This document shows positions 20,086-28,104 of a stretch of 64,000 nucleotides of DNA, piece after piece (the first letter of the stretch is position 1; each line of letters starts with the position of its first letter). Under the pieces are notes generated by a model. The model was given only the letters and a program-made list of their open reading frames with translations, had not been told where the DNA came from and made no database searches. This stretch comes from an uncultured virus (IMG/VR IMGVR_UViG_3300044637_001924) (taxonomy: Duplodnaviria > Heunggongvirae > Uroviricota > Caudoviricetes): IMG/VR virus record IMGVR_UViG_3300044637_001924; one strand, 5' to 3'. The translations under genes were made by a program, and so were the position numbers.

Positions 20086-20111
20086 TATTTATAACACAAA
20101 AATTGTGTTAT
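20086..20111 (-). promoter_or_regulatory. Late promoter TATAAATA (20086-20093) overlapped by hairpin ataacacaa/ttgtgttat
   Basis: Exact consensus between dpdA stop and folE start. Confidence 0.7.
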
Positions 20112-20113
20112 TG

Positions 20114-21772
20114 CTATTCAAATTCATCAAAATCCATGACAATGTTGTTATCAGCGTTCATTCCTGTGATTTTGGCTAACATAGCAGAATGTTTTTCAAT
20201 CAGTTGCATGGGTTTTTCACTAGTGAAGATCTCTTCACAAAGTCCCCCAGCAAATTCAATCAAGTCTTCGCTGATGTGATGTTTCCTCTCCTCCATTGGC
20301 AGGTCTTGCATTGCACATGCATGTTGAATAGCTTCAATATGAAGCTCAACATTGTGGCTCATGCCCAGCACATAGCTGAGACCATCCATGCTGCTGGGCC
20401 ATTTGACCTGATACTTTTCATGGTCCTTAAACTCTTTCTTGCCCCAATCAAACATGCCGCTGCCGTGGTCAGTGTGCTCATGCATAAGATAATGTTTGTA
20501 TTCATCACTGTAGCGAAACTTCTCGCCATGAACGCCTTCCAAGCTTTGTTGATACAACAAGCTTTCAAACTCTTTTTGTGAAAAAGCTTGTTTTTTGAAA
20601 TTGAGATCTTCATAACCTTTGACACAGATATCACCAATGGTGATCCGCTTGCCAATGCTGCTTTCGCGAACAGCATGTTTTTGATTGTGGCGATTGATCC
20701 AGTCTTGAAACAGTTCTTGACTGCCCTTAAGCTCTTTTTTGTCTGGCAACGAGTTGTTTTTATATGCAATGCTTTGCGGACTTACTTCCCAACTGTAGTA
20801 GATGTTGCCTTTTGCTACGTTCACAAAAGGACTTGCTGCATCGTAACTGAGAGTTGTACGCTCGTTGATGTGCTTTCTCCACACTCGTTGAAGTGTAGTA
20901 AGAGCGCAGCCTGCCTTGATTTTGCCATTGCCTAGATAATGGATCCAATCTCTGTTATCCAAATACTTGCCATCTCGCATGATAATGATCCGACGGAGAT
21001 TTATAGCAAAGTTGCTGGCTTGCACATTACTGAATGCCCAGGTTTCAAAAGGAAGATCTTTCACAACGTCCCACCAAATGTCACCTTCTTCTTGATTGCG
21101 CCCCTGCAACACATTCAAAAATTGTGTACTACCTTCCCGACGATTTTTGATGAAAAAGTTGTGATTCTCCATACTGCTTTCAAGACAGTCTCTAAAGTTC
21201 TTAACCCCAGGATGTAGGTTCTCACCTGTGATGGGATCGTTACCAAACTTCAACAAGCTGCCTGTGGGGACATCTAATACCATACTGTAGTCACAAGTGT
21301 GTTCAAGCCAGCGTAGGATTTTCATCCTAATGGCGTCTTTGTCCTTCATCCAGTCTTGATCAGTTTGCTTTTCTTTTTTCTGCCAAGGCCATTTGAGAAC
21401 GCCAGTAGCAATCTGATAACCACCACTGTCGCCCACAATTACTGAGGCGTTTTTGTCTCGCTTTTGCACCATAGCTTCTTGGATATCACTTTGAGCAGGA
21501 TCCCAATAACTGTGACCGCTGCTGTAGAGTGCAGTGGGATAATAAAATAAGTTGGTATTGGTTTGCAGAAAGTCCAAATCCTGCAATCCACCCGGCAGCC
21601 CCTTGACTGTGCGAGCGTTGGGCTGACTTACTAGTCGCACATAGATCGCTGAGATTGAAGGAAGAAAAATAGCATAGTCCTTGTTGGTGGTCCACATGTC
21701 TCTACCCACCACAGGTTGCATGTTTTGATCAATTTTTTTCAAATGTGGGTTGGGGCTGGAAAGTTTTGTCAT
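20114..21772 (-). CDS. dpdA: TGT-fold deazaguanine DNA transglycosylase (DpdA-like)
   Basis: GDSGGYQI, MVLDVP, NVLQG, IHYLG, SYDAASP TGT-type motifs; adjacent to folE. Confidence 0.8.
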   Translation of the reverse strand: MTKLSSPNPHLKKIDQNMQPVVGRDMWTTNKDYAIFLPSISAIYVRLVSQPNARTVKGLPGGLQDLDFLQTNTNLFYYPTALYSSGHSYWDPAQSDIQEAMVQKRDKNASVIVGDSGGYQIATGVLKWPWQKKEKQTDQDWMKDKDAIRMKILRWLEHTCDYSMVLDVPTGSLLKFGNDPITGENLHPGVKNFRDCLESSMENHNFFIKNRREGSTQFLNVLQGRNQEEGDIWWDVVKDLPFETWAFSNVQASNFAINLRRIIIMRDGKYLDNRDWIHYLGNGKIKAGCALTTLQRVWRKHINERTTLSYDAASPFVNVAKGNIYYSWEVSPQSIAYKNNSLPDKKELKGSQELFQDWINRHNQKHAVRESSIGKRITIGDICVKGYEDLNFKKQAFSQKEFESLLYQQSLEGVHGEKFRYSDEYKHYLMHEHTDHGSGMFDWGKKEFKDHEKYQVKWPSSMDGLSYVLGMSHNVELHIEAIQHACAMQDLPMEERKHHISEDLIEFAGGLCEEIFTSEKPMQLIEKHSAMLAKITGMNADNNIVMDFDEFE

Positions 21773-21781
21773 AGATATATC

Positions 21782-22870
21782 TTACTTTACTGTGGTTGAT
21801 CTAGCAACTGTGTTGCTGATGTTTTCAAACATTACGCTAGCTGAAAGATATTTTTGTAAGAGCACTTTCTTTTGCTTTTCCAACTGCCTACTGAACTTTT
21901 TGGGGTGATTCAATCTGTACTGAATAAATTCAGTCAATTGTTGTTTGTGTGTTTGATAACTTTCCCAATCTTGAGTCCAGTTGCTGGGATAGAGAAAATC
22001 AGGATGATACATTTCGCTGTAGCTGCACCGATTGGGCAGCACTGGGATCACATCTGCCAGCACAGCTTCCATTACACTGATGCCCAAGTTTTCATGCAAG
22101 CTACAGGAAAAAATTACTTGGCAGTCAGCCAGCTTTTCGTAATAACTGCTTTTGTTGAGATTCATTTTTTGTGTAATACACCAAGGCTGTTTCATGCTGT
22201 TGGAGAGATCTTCAGCAATTTCAGGCTGCTTATCTGGATTGTAACGGTGTGGCCAAATAACGCCCTGTTTCCTCTCTCGGCTGTCCTGCATAATATCTTG
22301 CATTTGTTTGACAATAGCAGAGTGTGGTTGCCCACTAGTTTTGGCTTTGTGATGATATTCATTGCTGATGCCCAGATTGCTCAAAAACATTTTTTTATGA
22401 AAATCTGTTGCATACCAATTCTCATCGCAGGCATGAAACAGTGCCTGCTCAGCTAGCCAGGGCCACGGTTTGCTCATTTTATATCCAAGGATATCAGTGG
22501 GATCGTATGCTCCAGCATGCCAGTAACCTTGTATGTTCCAATTATATCCCATGAGATCATTCATATACTTGACTTGCAGAATCACTGGATTCCAAGCGTC
22601 AGTGAACAAATGCACATCATTTGGAGTTGTTTCTCCAGCATCATGTTTGTTGAGAAACTCAACCAGTTGAGTGCTTTTCCATCTGTTGGTGTCGCTGAAA
22701 TTCAAAAATGCACCAGATGTGGTGCTTGTAGTGTTTTGGACCCCATCAAGTTGGATTACTTTTGCTGCATTTCCAACTATTTCTTGGAGCCGCAACGGAA
22801 TCTCGTGATACCATTGTTGGGTGTAGCGATTATCCAATGGCTCGATAGGCCATACAAATACATTGGGCAT
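21782..22870 (-). CDS. GT4-like glycosyltransferase immediately upstream of dpdA
   Basis: WPHRYNPDKQP, SLHENLGISVMEA (E-x7-E), PNRCSYSEM; 9-nt gap to dpdA. Confidence 0.8.
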   Translation of the reverse strand: MPNVFVWPIEPLDNRYTQQWYHEIPLRLQEIVGNAAKVIQLDGVQNTTSTTSGAFLNFSDTNRWKSTQLVEFLNKHDAGETTPNDVHLFTDAWNPVILQVKYMNDLMGYNWNIQGYWHAGAYDPTDILGYKMSKPWPWLAEQALFHACDENWYATDFHKKMFLSNLGISNEYHHKAKTSGQPHSAIVKQMQDIMQDSRERKQGVIWPHRYNPDKQPEIAEDLSNSMKQPWCITQKMNLNKSSYYEKLADCQVIFSCSLHENLGISVMEAVLADVIPVLPNRCSYSEMYHPDFLYPSNWTQDWESYQTHKQQLTEFIQYRLNHPKKFSRQLEKQKKVLLQKYLSASVMFENISNTVARSTTVK

Positions 22871-22963
22871 TTTTGATCCTTCAAATATTCTCTAATAGAG
22901 ATAGTATATAAACCACAGGAGTTTTTGACAATTATAGCATTGAAAATTATAAGGTTATCGCCA

Positions 22964-23025
22964 ATACAAAGTATTTGAGCCAGCACAATCCTATCTCGAT
23001 CTCCTGGCGCTCAAATACTTTGTAT
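22964..23025. repeat. Perfect 17-bp inverted repeat (long hairpin)
   Basis: atacaaagtatttgagc 22964-22980 / gctcaaatactttgtat 23009-23025. Confidence 0.9.
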
Positions 23026-23040
23026 AGCAATCCTTGGTGG

Positions 23041-23412
23041 TTATGCAGCGTCCCAGGCTAGCACAGCCCCATTCTCACCATCTTCACTAACGTCAATGCT
23101 CACTGCACGACCTGGATAGCGAGCAGAGATTTGGGCGTAGAGGTCTTCGGCGATCATCTCGCAGCTTTTGAAATCCAGTTGGATCACACCATCACCATAG
23201 AGACTTTCCAGCCAACGCTTGAAAATGATAAATTCAATGTCTCGGTCTAGGTGATTGACGCCAATTCCAACCTTGAAATGAAACATGTGCCTATGCGGAT
23301 ATTGAAGAAAATTTACATCTGCAAGGGAGGGGTCAGTTCCAGCTGCTGGATACTTGTGAATCCCTTCACGTTGAAAAGTCACGTAGATTTTTCTTGTAGT
23401 TGGTTCTGTCAT
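23041..23412 (-). CDS. dpdL: T-fold QueD paralogue, DpdL-like (putative CDG decarboxylase)
   Basis: LQYPHRHMF fits LxxxHRHxF in place of QueD CxxxHGH; SCEMIA and VSEDGENG retain the T-fold Glu positions. Confidence 0.7.
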   Translation of the reverse strand: MTEPTTRKIYVTFQREGIHKYPAAGTDPSLADVNFLQYPHRHMFHFKVGIGVNHLDRDIEFIIFKRWLESLYGDGVIQLDFKSCEMIAEDLYAQISARYPGRAVSIDVSEDGENGAVLAWDAA

Positions 23413-23468
23413 TATTTCTCTCTTTGTTATGTGTTCAGATTATATGCTGTAGTCAGCTAAATCAACCG

Positions 23469-23696
23469 CTACACCAATTGATTTACTGTGCAATATTTGA
23501 GGCCACATTGTGCACTACAAAACTCAATACGGGTGGTCCCCATGTCACGGAAATATTCTGGCCAAATGTCACTTTGAGTATGGACTACTGCCCCATCATT
23601 GTCACAAACGTATTTCCTGTAAGGCTCACAGCTTGTGCCGCATGCAACACATTTGAGAGTGGGAAAATTTGATGGAATGGTTTTTTTATGTTTCAT
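23469..23696 (-). CDS. Small Zn-finger-like protein
   Basis: CVAC ... FCSAQC. Confidence 0.55.
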   Translation of the reverse strand: MKHKKTIPSNFPTLKCVACGTSCEPYRKYVCDNDGAVVHTQSDIWPEYFRDMGTTRIEFCSAQCGLKYCTVNQLV

Positions 23697-24685
23697 TTGG
23701 GTACCAGCGTATCAACAAAGATATCAGTTGTTTTTTCCCAACTCCATCGCTTGCTGCCTTCAAAAACAGTTTTTCGACTCAATGTCAAACATTGCGAGAT
23801 AGCTGTCTGAATATCCTCATTTAGCACACCAGTCACCCCATCATCTACAACATCTATTGGACCCTGCACAGGAAATGCTGCAACAGGAGTACCAACACTC
23901 ATGCTTTCAATCATAACCAACCCAAACGTGTCACTTTTGCTGGTGAAAACAAAGCAGTCAGCATTTTGGAACTGCTGTACCAGTTGCTTACCGCTCAATT
24001 GCCCAGTAAATGTCACCCAGGGGTATTTGTTCTGTAACCGCTTGAGATCAGGGCCATCACCAACACACACTAGATTGTATTTTTCTGCTGATAGGCTACA
24101 AAACACCTCTAAATTTTTCTCAGCACTGATTCGACCAACACTCAACAATGTGGGCTTGGTGTCACACTTGCGGTCATTAAATTGAAACAGTTGGGTGTTG
24201 ACTCCCCGTGACCATGTGATGGCTTGAGACAGGCCAAGCGACACCATCTCTCTTTGCATAGTAGGAGTGTTGACCAAAGTTGCTGCACTATTTTGATGAA
24301 ACCATTTGAGATACCTCATGGTTTTGAGGGCCGGCACACCAAATTTTTCCTTGAGATAGTGATCCCATCTTGTGTGAAAGCTAGTTGTGTAGCGCCAATT
24401 TTTGTTTTGAAAAAATTGCCTAGCAGTTAAGCCCAGCACACCTTCTGTACAAATGTGCAAGTGTGTGGGTTCATACGCCTCTATTCTTTTTTTCAAATTC
24501 CAAAAATTCAATGGTATGCGAGCACCTGGATATACCAATGCAGGCATAGACATCATTTGATCAGGAGTGATGTGAATGAGATTCTGTATGCCTCGAGAAA
24601 ACATTTGTTTTTTCACTGCATTCATTGTAGTTACAACACCATTCACTTGGTCTTGGCAGTTGTCATCAACAATCACAAGTCTCAT
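23693..24685 (-). CDS. GT4 glycosyltransferase, Agt/glycolipid synthase-like
   Basis: QVNGVVTT, HICTEG.LG, TTSFHTRW, WSRGV, VGRISAEKNL, DTFGLVMIES..GTPVAAFPVQGP. Confidence 0.85.
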   Translation of the reverse strand: MRLVIVDDNCQDQVNGVVTTMNAVKKQMFSRGIQNLIHITPDQMMSMPALVYPGARIPLNFWNLKKRIEAYEPTHLHICTEGVLGLTARQFFQNKNWRYTTSFHTRWDHYLKEKFGVPALKTMRYLKWFHQNSAATLVNTPTMQREMVSLGLSQAITWSRGVNTQLFQFNDRKCDTKPTLLSVGRISAEKNLEVFCSLSAEKYNLVCVGDGPDLKRLQNKYPWVTFTGQLSGKQLVQQFQNADCFVFTSKSDTFGLVMIESMSVGTPVAAFPVQGPIDVVDDGVTGVLNEDIQTAISQCLTLSRKTVFEGSKRWSWEKTTDIFVDTLVPK

Positions 24686-25470
24686 TCAAGGCTCCATGTG
24701 TTTTTCGTCATCATACTTTTTGTTTCAGTGTCGTAAACCAGTAGCTCTATTGAGCCATCAAAGTTTTCAACCAAAGCTGACACAGTTTCACAAAAATCAC
24801 CACAATTCATATACACAAACCCATCCTCAAACGTTTTCAACGATGGAGAATGAATATGGCCACAAATTACTCCATGAAATGCTTCGTCCCGAGCATATTG
24901 TACTACATGTTGCTCGTATTTGGTGATAAATGCAACAGCTTGTTTCGTGTTTGTTTTAAGGTATGAACTTAGACTCCAATAATCTTTTCCAAAAAACCGG
25001 CGCATATGATTCAAATGTGTGTTCAACCACAGTAAAAAACTGTGTGCTTTGTCGCCCATCAAGCTAAGCCATTTGTGATATCGAATTACACCGTCAAACA
25101 AATCACCGTGTGTTACCAAAAATCTCTGCCCATGAACAGAGTGATGTTCAAAGGCATTGCCCAGCTCAATGTTGCCAAAAGTGTGTATGTCTGGAATCCA
25201 TGCTCGAAGGTACTCATCATGATTACCTAAAACATATCTCACCTGTGTGCCTCTCTTGGCCGCAGTGAGAATTCTTCGAACCACATTGCTATGTGTTTGT
25301 GGCCAGAATTTGCTGCTTTTCAATTTCCACAAATCAAATATGTCACCAACGAGGTATAGATTTTGGCAGGAGTTGTGTTTCAAAAACTCCACAAGTAGCT
25401 CAGCTTGGCATGCACGACTACCAAGATGCGTATCGCTTATGAAGATGCTACGATATTTGCTGTTTGGCAT
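24682..25470 (-). CDS. LpxH/PlcP-like metallophosphoesterase
   Basis: YRSIFISDTHLG, LVGDIFD, GNHDE, HGDLFD, CGHIH, YMNCGDFCE. Confidence 0.85.
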   Translation of the reverse strand: MPNSKYRSIFISDTHLGSRACQAELLVEFLKHNSCQNLYLVGDIFDLWKLKSSKFWPQTHSNVVRRILTAAKRGTQVRYVLGNHDEYLRAWIPDIHTFGNIELGNAFEHHSVHGQRFLVTHGDLFDGVIRYHKWLSLMGDKAHSFLLWLNTHLNHMRRFFGKDYWSLSSYLKTNTKQAVAFITKYEQHVVQYARDEAFHGVICGHIHSPSLKTFEDGFVYMNCGDFCETVSALVENFDGSIELLVYDTETKSMMTKNTWSLE

Positions 25471-26000
25471 TATAGACCTTTCAGGTTCATCAAAACTTTT
25501 TTATAGTTACTAAGATTCTTGTTCTGAAACCTCTTGTCGTTTGCGTCAATCCAGCGCCAAAAATTCTCCTGTAAGAGAGGATGAACCTCAGGAAGGTCTA
25601 ACTCAAATTCTGGCATTTCCACTTCTGCCATGCTCAAATAAATGTCGCCGCTTTTGGGATTTTTGAAAAAATCCACGTCCCAACAGTTCAACCCTTCTTG
25701 AAACTTGCAGCGAGTTTTGTGGATTACGGGTTTAGCTATCAAGAAAAGTTTGTGATAGTCGTGGATTGAAATTTCTGTTTCGATCTCCACTGTATTTCCA
25801 GTAACCTTGGTTTTGAAAGTGAACCAATGCGTTTCTGCATCACCATTGTGTGGTACCACATGTCGAATTCTTGCACTTTTGTTGATATAACCCTGTGTTA
25901 TTTCAAAGGTTTGCACAAGGGGTTGGCGTTTCAAATGTCGTAGTAGCTCCTGCGGGCTTTCAGGTCGCAGGAGCATTTTGCGTTCGTGTTCAACTGGCAC
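25470..26000 (-). CDS. CYTH-domain triphosphatase/adenylate cyclase-like protein
   Basis: EHERK (ExExK), ITQGY, RIR, EIE, IHKTR, WDVDFF, AEVE; GTG start after GGAGA. Confidence 0.85.
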   Translation of the reverse strand: MPVEHERKMLLRPESPQELLRHLKRQPLVQTFEITQGYINKSARIRHVVPHNGDAETHWFTFKTKVTGNTVEIETEISIHDYHKLFLIAKPVIHKTRCKFQEGLNCWDVDFFKNPKSGDIYLSMAEVEMPEFELDLPEVHPLLQENFWRWIDANDKRFQNKNLSNYKKVLMNLKGL

Positions 26001-26011
26001 AAGCAGTCTCC

Positions 26012-26037
26012 AAAAAATGGGCACTGTGGGGTGCCCA
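26012..26037 (-). terminator. Intrinsic terminator after the clamp gene
   Basis: tgggcac/gtgccca stem with 6-U tract on minus strand. Confidence 0.7.
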
Positions 26038-26047
26038 CTGTGTCCTA

Positions 26048-26800
26048 TTAGCGCAGCTTTGCTGGCAGCACATACTTGTATGTGGTAATGCCAGTATTGA
26101 GCTTGAGCTGAATAGCACCCTTGACGGAGAAGCTCATTTCAGCATCAGCACCATCAACCAGCTTCAAAAGTGCAGATACAAGAGCAATAGGCCATTTGTG
26201 TGAGCTTTCAAACTCGCCCGTAACCCCTGTAGCAAACACTACACCGCCGCGTTGAGTAGCTGCACCTTCATCTCCAATGAAAAACTTGAGGTTACCATCA
26301 ACTGTCTTGGGAATGAAGTATTGCTCGTAGCTGCTGAGACTGCCAGCAGCCCAATTGAACTGTTGAATGTTGCTTTTGCTGGGTTTGATTTTCACGTCCC
26401 ACTGTGGTTCCATGTACTTGGGTTGATCTGGGACCATGTTTTTTGCTAGGAAGCGATAATTGATGAAACTATTGCTCTTGTTTGTGTAGTGCATCTCAGT
26501 GGGAACGTCTACACCTTCACGCTCAGTAAGCACTAGTTCAAGCTTGCTGTCTTTGTGGGCAAACTCGGAATCATTCACAATGCTGTTGAGCAAGCCTAGA
26601 TTGGCAAGGCCAAATTCTCCAGCCCAGCCGTCCACAGGATGCAAAGTTTCAGCCTTGAGAATCACTTGTTTGTCTTTGTCAATAGCCTCAATGGTGCTGG
26701 TTTTGGCGCCACCAGACACCTTGATTTTTTCGTAAAAGCCAGTACTGATCACGTTCTTTGCAAGATCAGAAATTGCATCCTTAATAGCTGTTGCTGTCAT
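26048..26800 (-). CDS. DNA polymerase sliding clamp (gp45-like)
   Basis: About 250 aa, near polB; FG..NL..L, NYRF, C-terminal YKYVLPA. Confidence 0.7.
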   Translation of the reverse strand: MTATAIKDAISDLAKNVISTGFYEKIKVSGGAKTSTIEAIDKDKQVILKAETLHPVDGWAGEFGLANLGLLNSIVNDSEFAHKDSKLELVLTEREGVDVPTEMHYTNKSNSFINYRFLAKNMVPDQPKYMEPQWDVKIKPSKSNIQQFNWAAGSLSSYEQYFIPKTVDGNLKFFIGDEGAATQRGGVVFATGVTGEFESSHKWPIALVSALLKLVDGADAEMSFSVKGAIQLKLNTGITTYKYVLPAKLR

Positions 26801-26802
26801 TT

Positions 26803-27006
26803 TCAATAACTCCCTTTGTTACCCATTTTGCGTTGTGTTGTCTCTTCGTCAACCAGGATGGCATTTTGTTTCAAATCATCATCAGTCCAACCCATCATGT
26901 TCTTGAGTATGAACCTTCGACTTAGCCAAGGTGGTGCACTGTTCAATGCTTCAAATAAAGTTTTGAGTTCAGTAGGCTCATATATTCGAGTTTTTTGGGA
27001 TTTCAT
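26803..27006 (-). CDS. Small protein resembling the C-terminus of a T4-type portal protein
   Basis: WLSRRFILKNMMGWTDDDLKQN...EE resembles the gp20 C-terminal S..F..K..L..T.EEI pattern. Confidence 0.5.
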   Translation of the reverse strand: MKSQKTRIYEPTELKTLFEALNSAPPWLSRRFILKNMMGWTDDDLKQNAILVDEETTQRKMGNKGSY

Positions 27007-27024
27007 AATTTTTCCACAATTGAG

Positions 27025-27657
27025 TCAGTTGTCAAACACAACCTTTGTAATATAGTGAGCGATGCTCACGGGTATGTCAACTCTTAAGGGACACCACAGT
27101 CGCATTTGATCTTCTTTTTTGAACAGGAGTGCAACGCTGTCTAAATCACTTGAACCTTTGTATGCCACATAGGCAGTGTGCTCGGGTACCCGATCACTAA
27201 CAAATATTTGACTGCCTTGTTTGTCAAATTTGCGCAACACGCCTGCTGAGTACCAACAGCCCACTTGTTTACAGGAATTGCTGTCATCAATATACAGTTG
27301 ATTGTCTGGTATTTGGGCACGTATCTCCGGAGTTGTGAAAATGAGATTACCACAGCCTCGACGATTTTGATGCCCTAATAAGGTTGACTGTCTACGGAGT
27401 GCAAATGGCAATCCATCGTATTTTTCCACCACAGTGTTTGCTTGTGAAAACAGCAAATCTTCAGCTTCAATTATGCTGTCGACTTCATGAAAGTCGTCCA
27501 CTACTGAATCTAGACACACATGGCCAGTAACGAACACTAAGGTGCTAGTGGGGGTGCTTGTTGGTGAGTTCCAAGAAGCCGGTGAAGTTGGAGGGTAGGA
27601 CTTATACCGTAAGAGTTGAGCCCTCTCTTCAAGAGAGGTTCCAAAGAGAGGGCTCAC
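27025..27657 (-). CDS. Truncated, divergent homologue of the T4-type major capsid protein C-terminal part
   Basis: RRGCGNLIFTTP matches gp23 RRGxGNxxxxS; YVAYKGSSDLD matches gp23 VGYKG...D; only 210 aa. Confidence 0.6.
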   Translation of the reverse strand: MSPLFGTSLEERAQLLRYKSYPPTSPASWNSPTSTPTSTLVFVTGHVCLDSVVDDFHEVDSIIEAEDLLFSQANTVVEKYDGLPFALRRQSTLLGHQNRRGCGNLIFTTPEIRAQIPDNQLYIDDSNSCKQVGCWYSAGVLRKFDKQGSQIFVSDRVPEHTAYVAYKGSSDLDSVALLFKKEDQMRLWCPLRVDIPVSIAHYITKVVFDN

Positions 27658-27666
27658 TAGAATTGG

Positions 27667-28041
27667 CTAATTAGTTTTCTTTTTGGCTGGTGCCTTGCGT
27701 TGACTAGGCGCCTTGGGTTCCTTAAGGGCTGTTGTAGCTTTTGGCTTTTTCCCTGTTTTAGCTGGGGGAGGTTCCTGTGATGGCTCTTGTTTGGCAGTAA
27801 TTACAGGGGCAGGTTGCTGCAACACTGGTGGATCTGTTGGACTAGACGTGATTGGTTGGTATGCACCTTTTTCAATTACAAGGGCTGCCTTCTCTGAGCT
27901 GGGTGGCACAGGATTTCCAGCGGGTGTCACAACTATTGGCTGGATTGGTTCTGTCCTGGGTGCAAGAGTAGTTGAAACTGGTGTTTGATCAGGCCCAAAC
28001 ATCCGTCGTATGCGTTCGTATAAGGCAGAAAAAATATTCAT
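27667..28041 (-). CDS. Pro/Lys-rich low-complexity protein
   Basis: AAGGA RBS; amphipathic N-terminus then P/T/K-rich tail. Confidence 0.6.
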   Translation of the reverse strand: MNIFSALYERIRRMFGPDQTPVSTTLAPRTEPIQPIVVTPAGNPVPPSSEKAALVIEKGAYQPITSSPTDPPVLQQPAPVITAKQEPSQEPPPAKTGKKPKATTALKEPKAPSQRKAPAKKKTN

Positions 28042-28104
28042 GAATTATTCCTTAAGGTTGACTTTTGTCAAATCTACTTGACATATAGCTCCGTTGTCAA
28101 CCTT

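Noticed and set aside
23041..23412. Canonical QueD or QueF
   Set aside because: Lacks CxxxHGH and the QueF motifs; has LxxxHRHxF instead.
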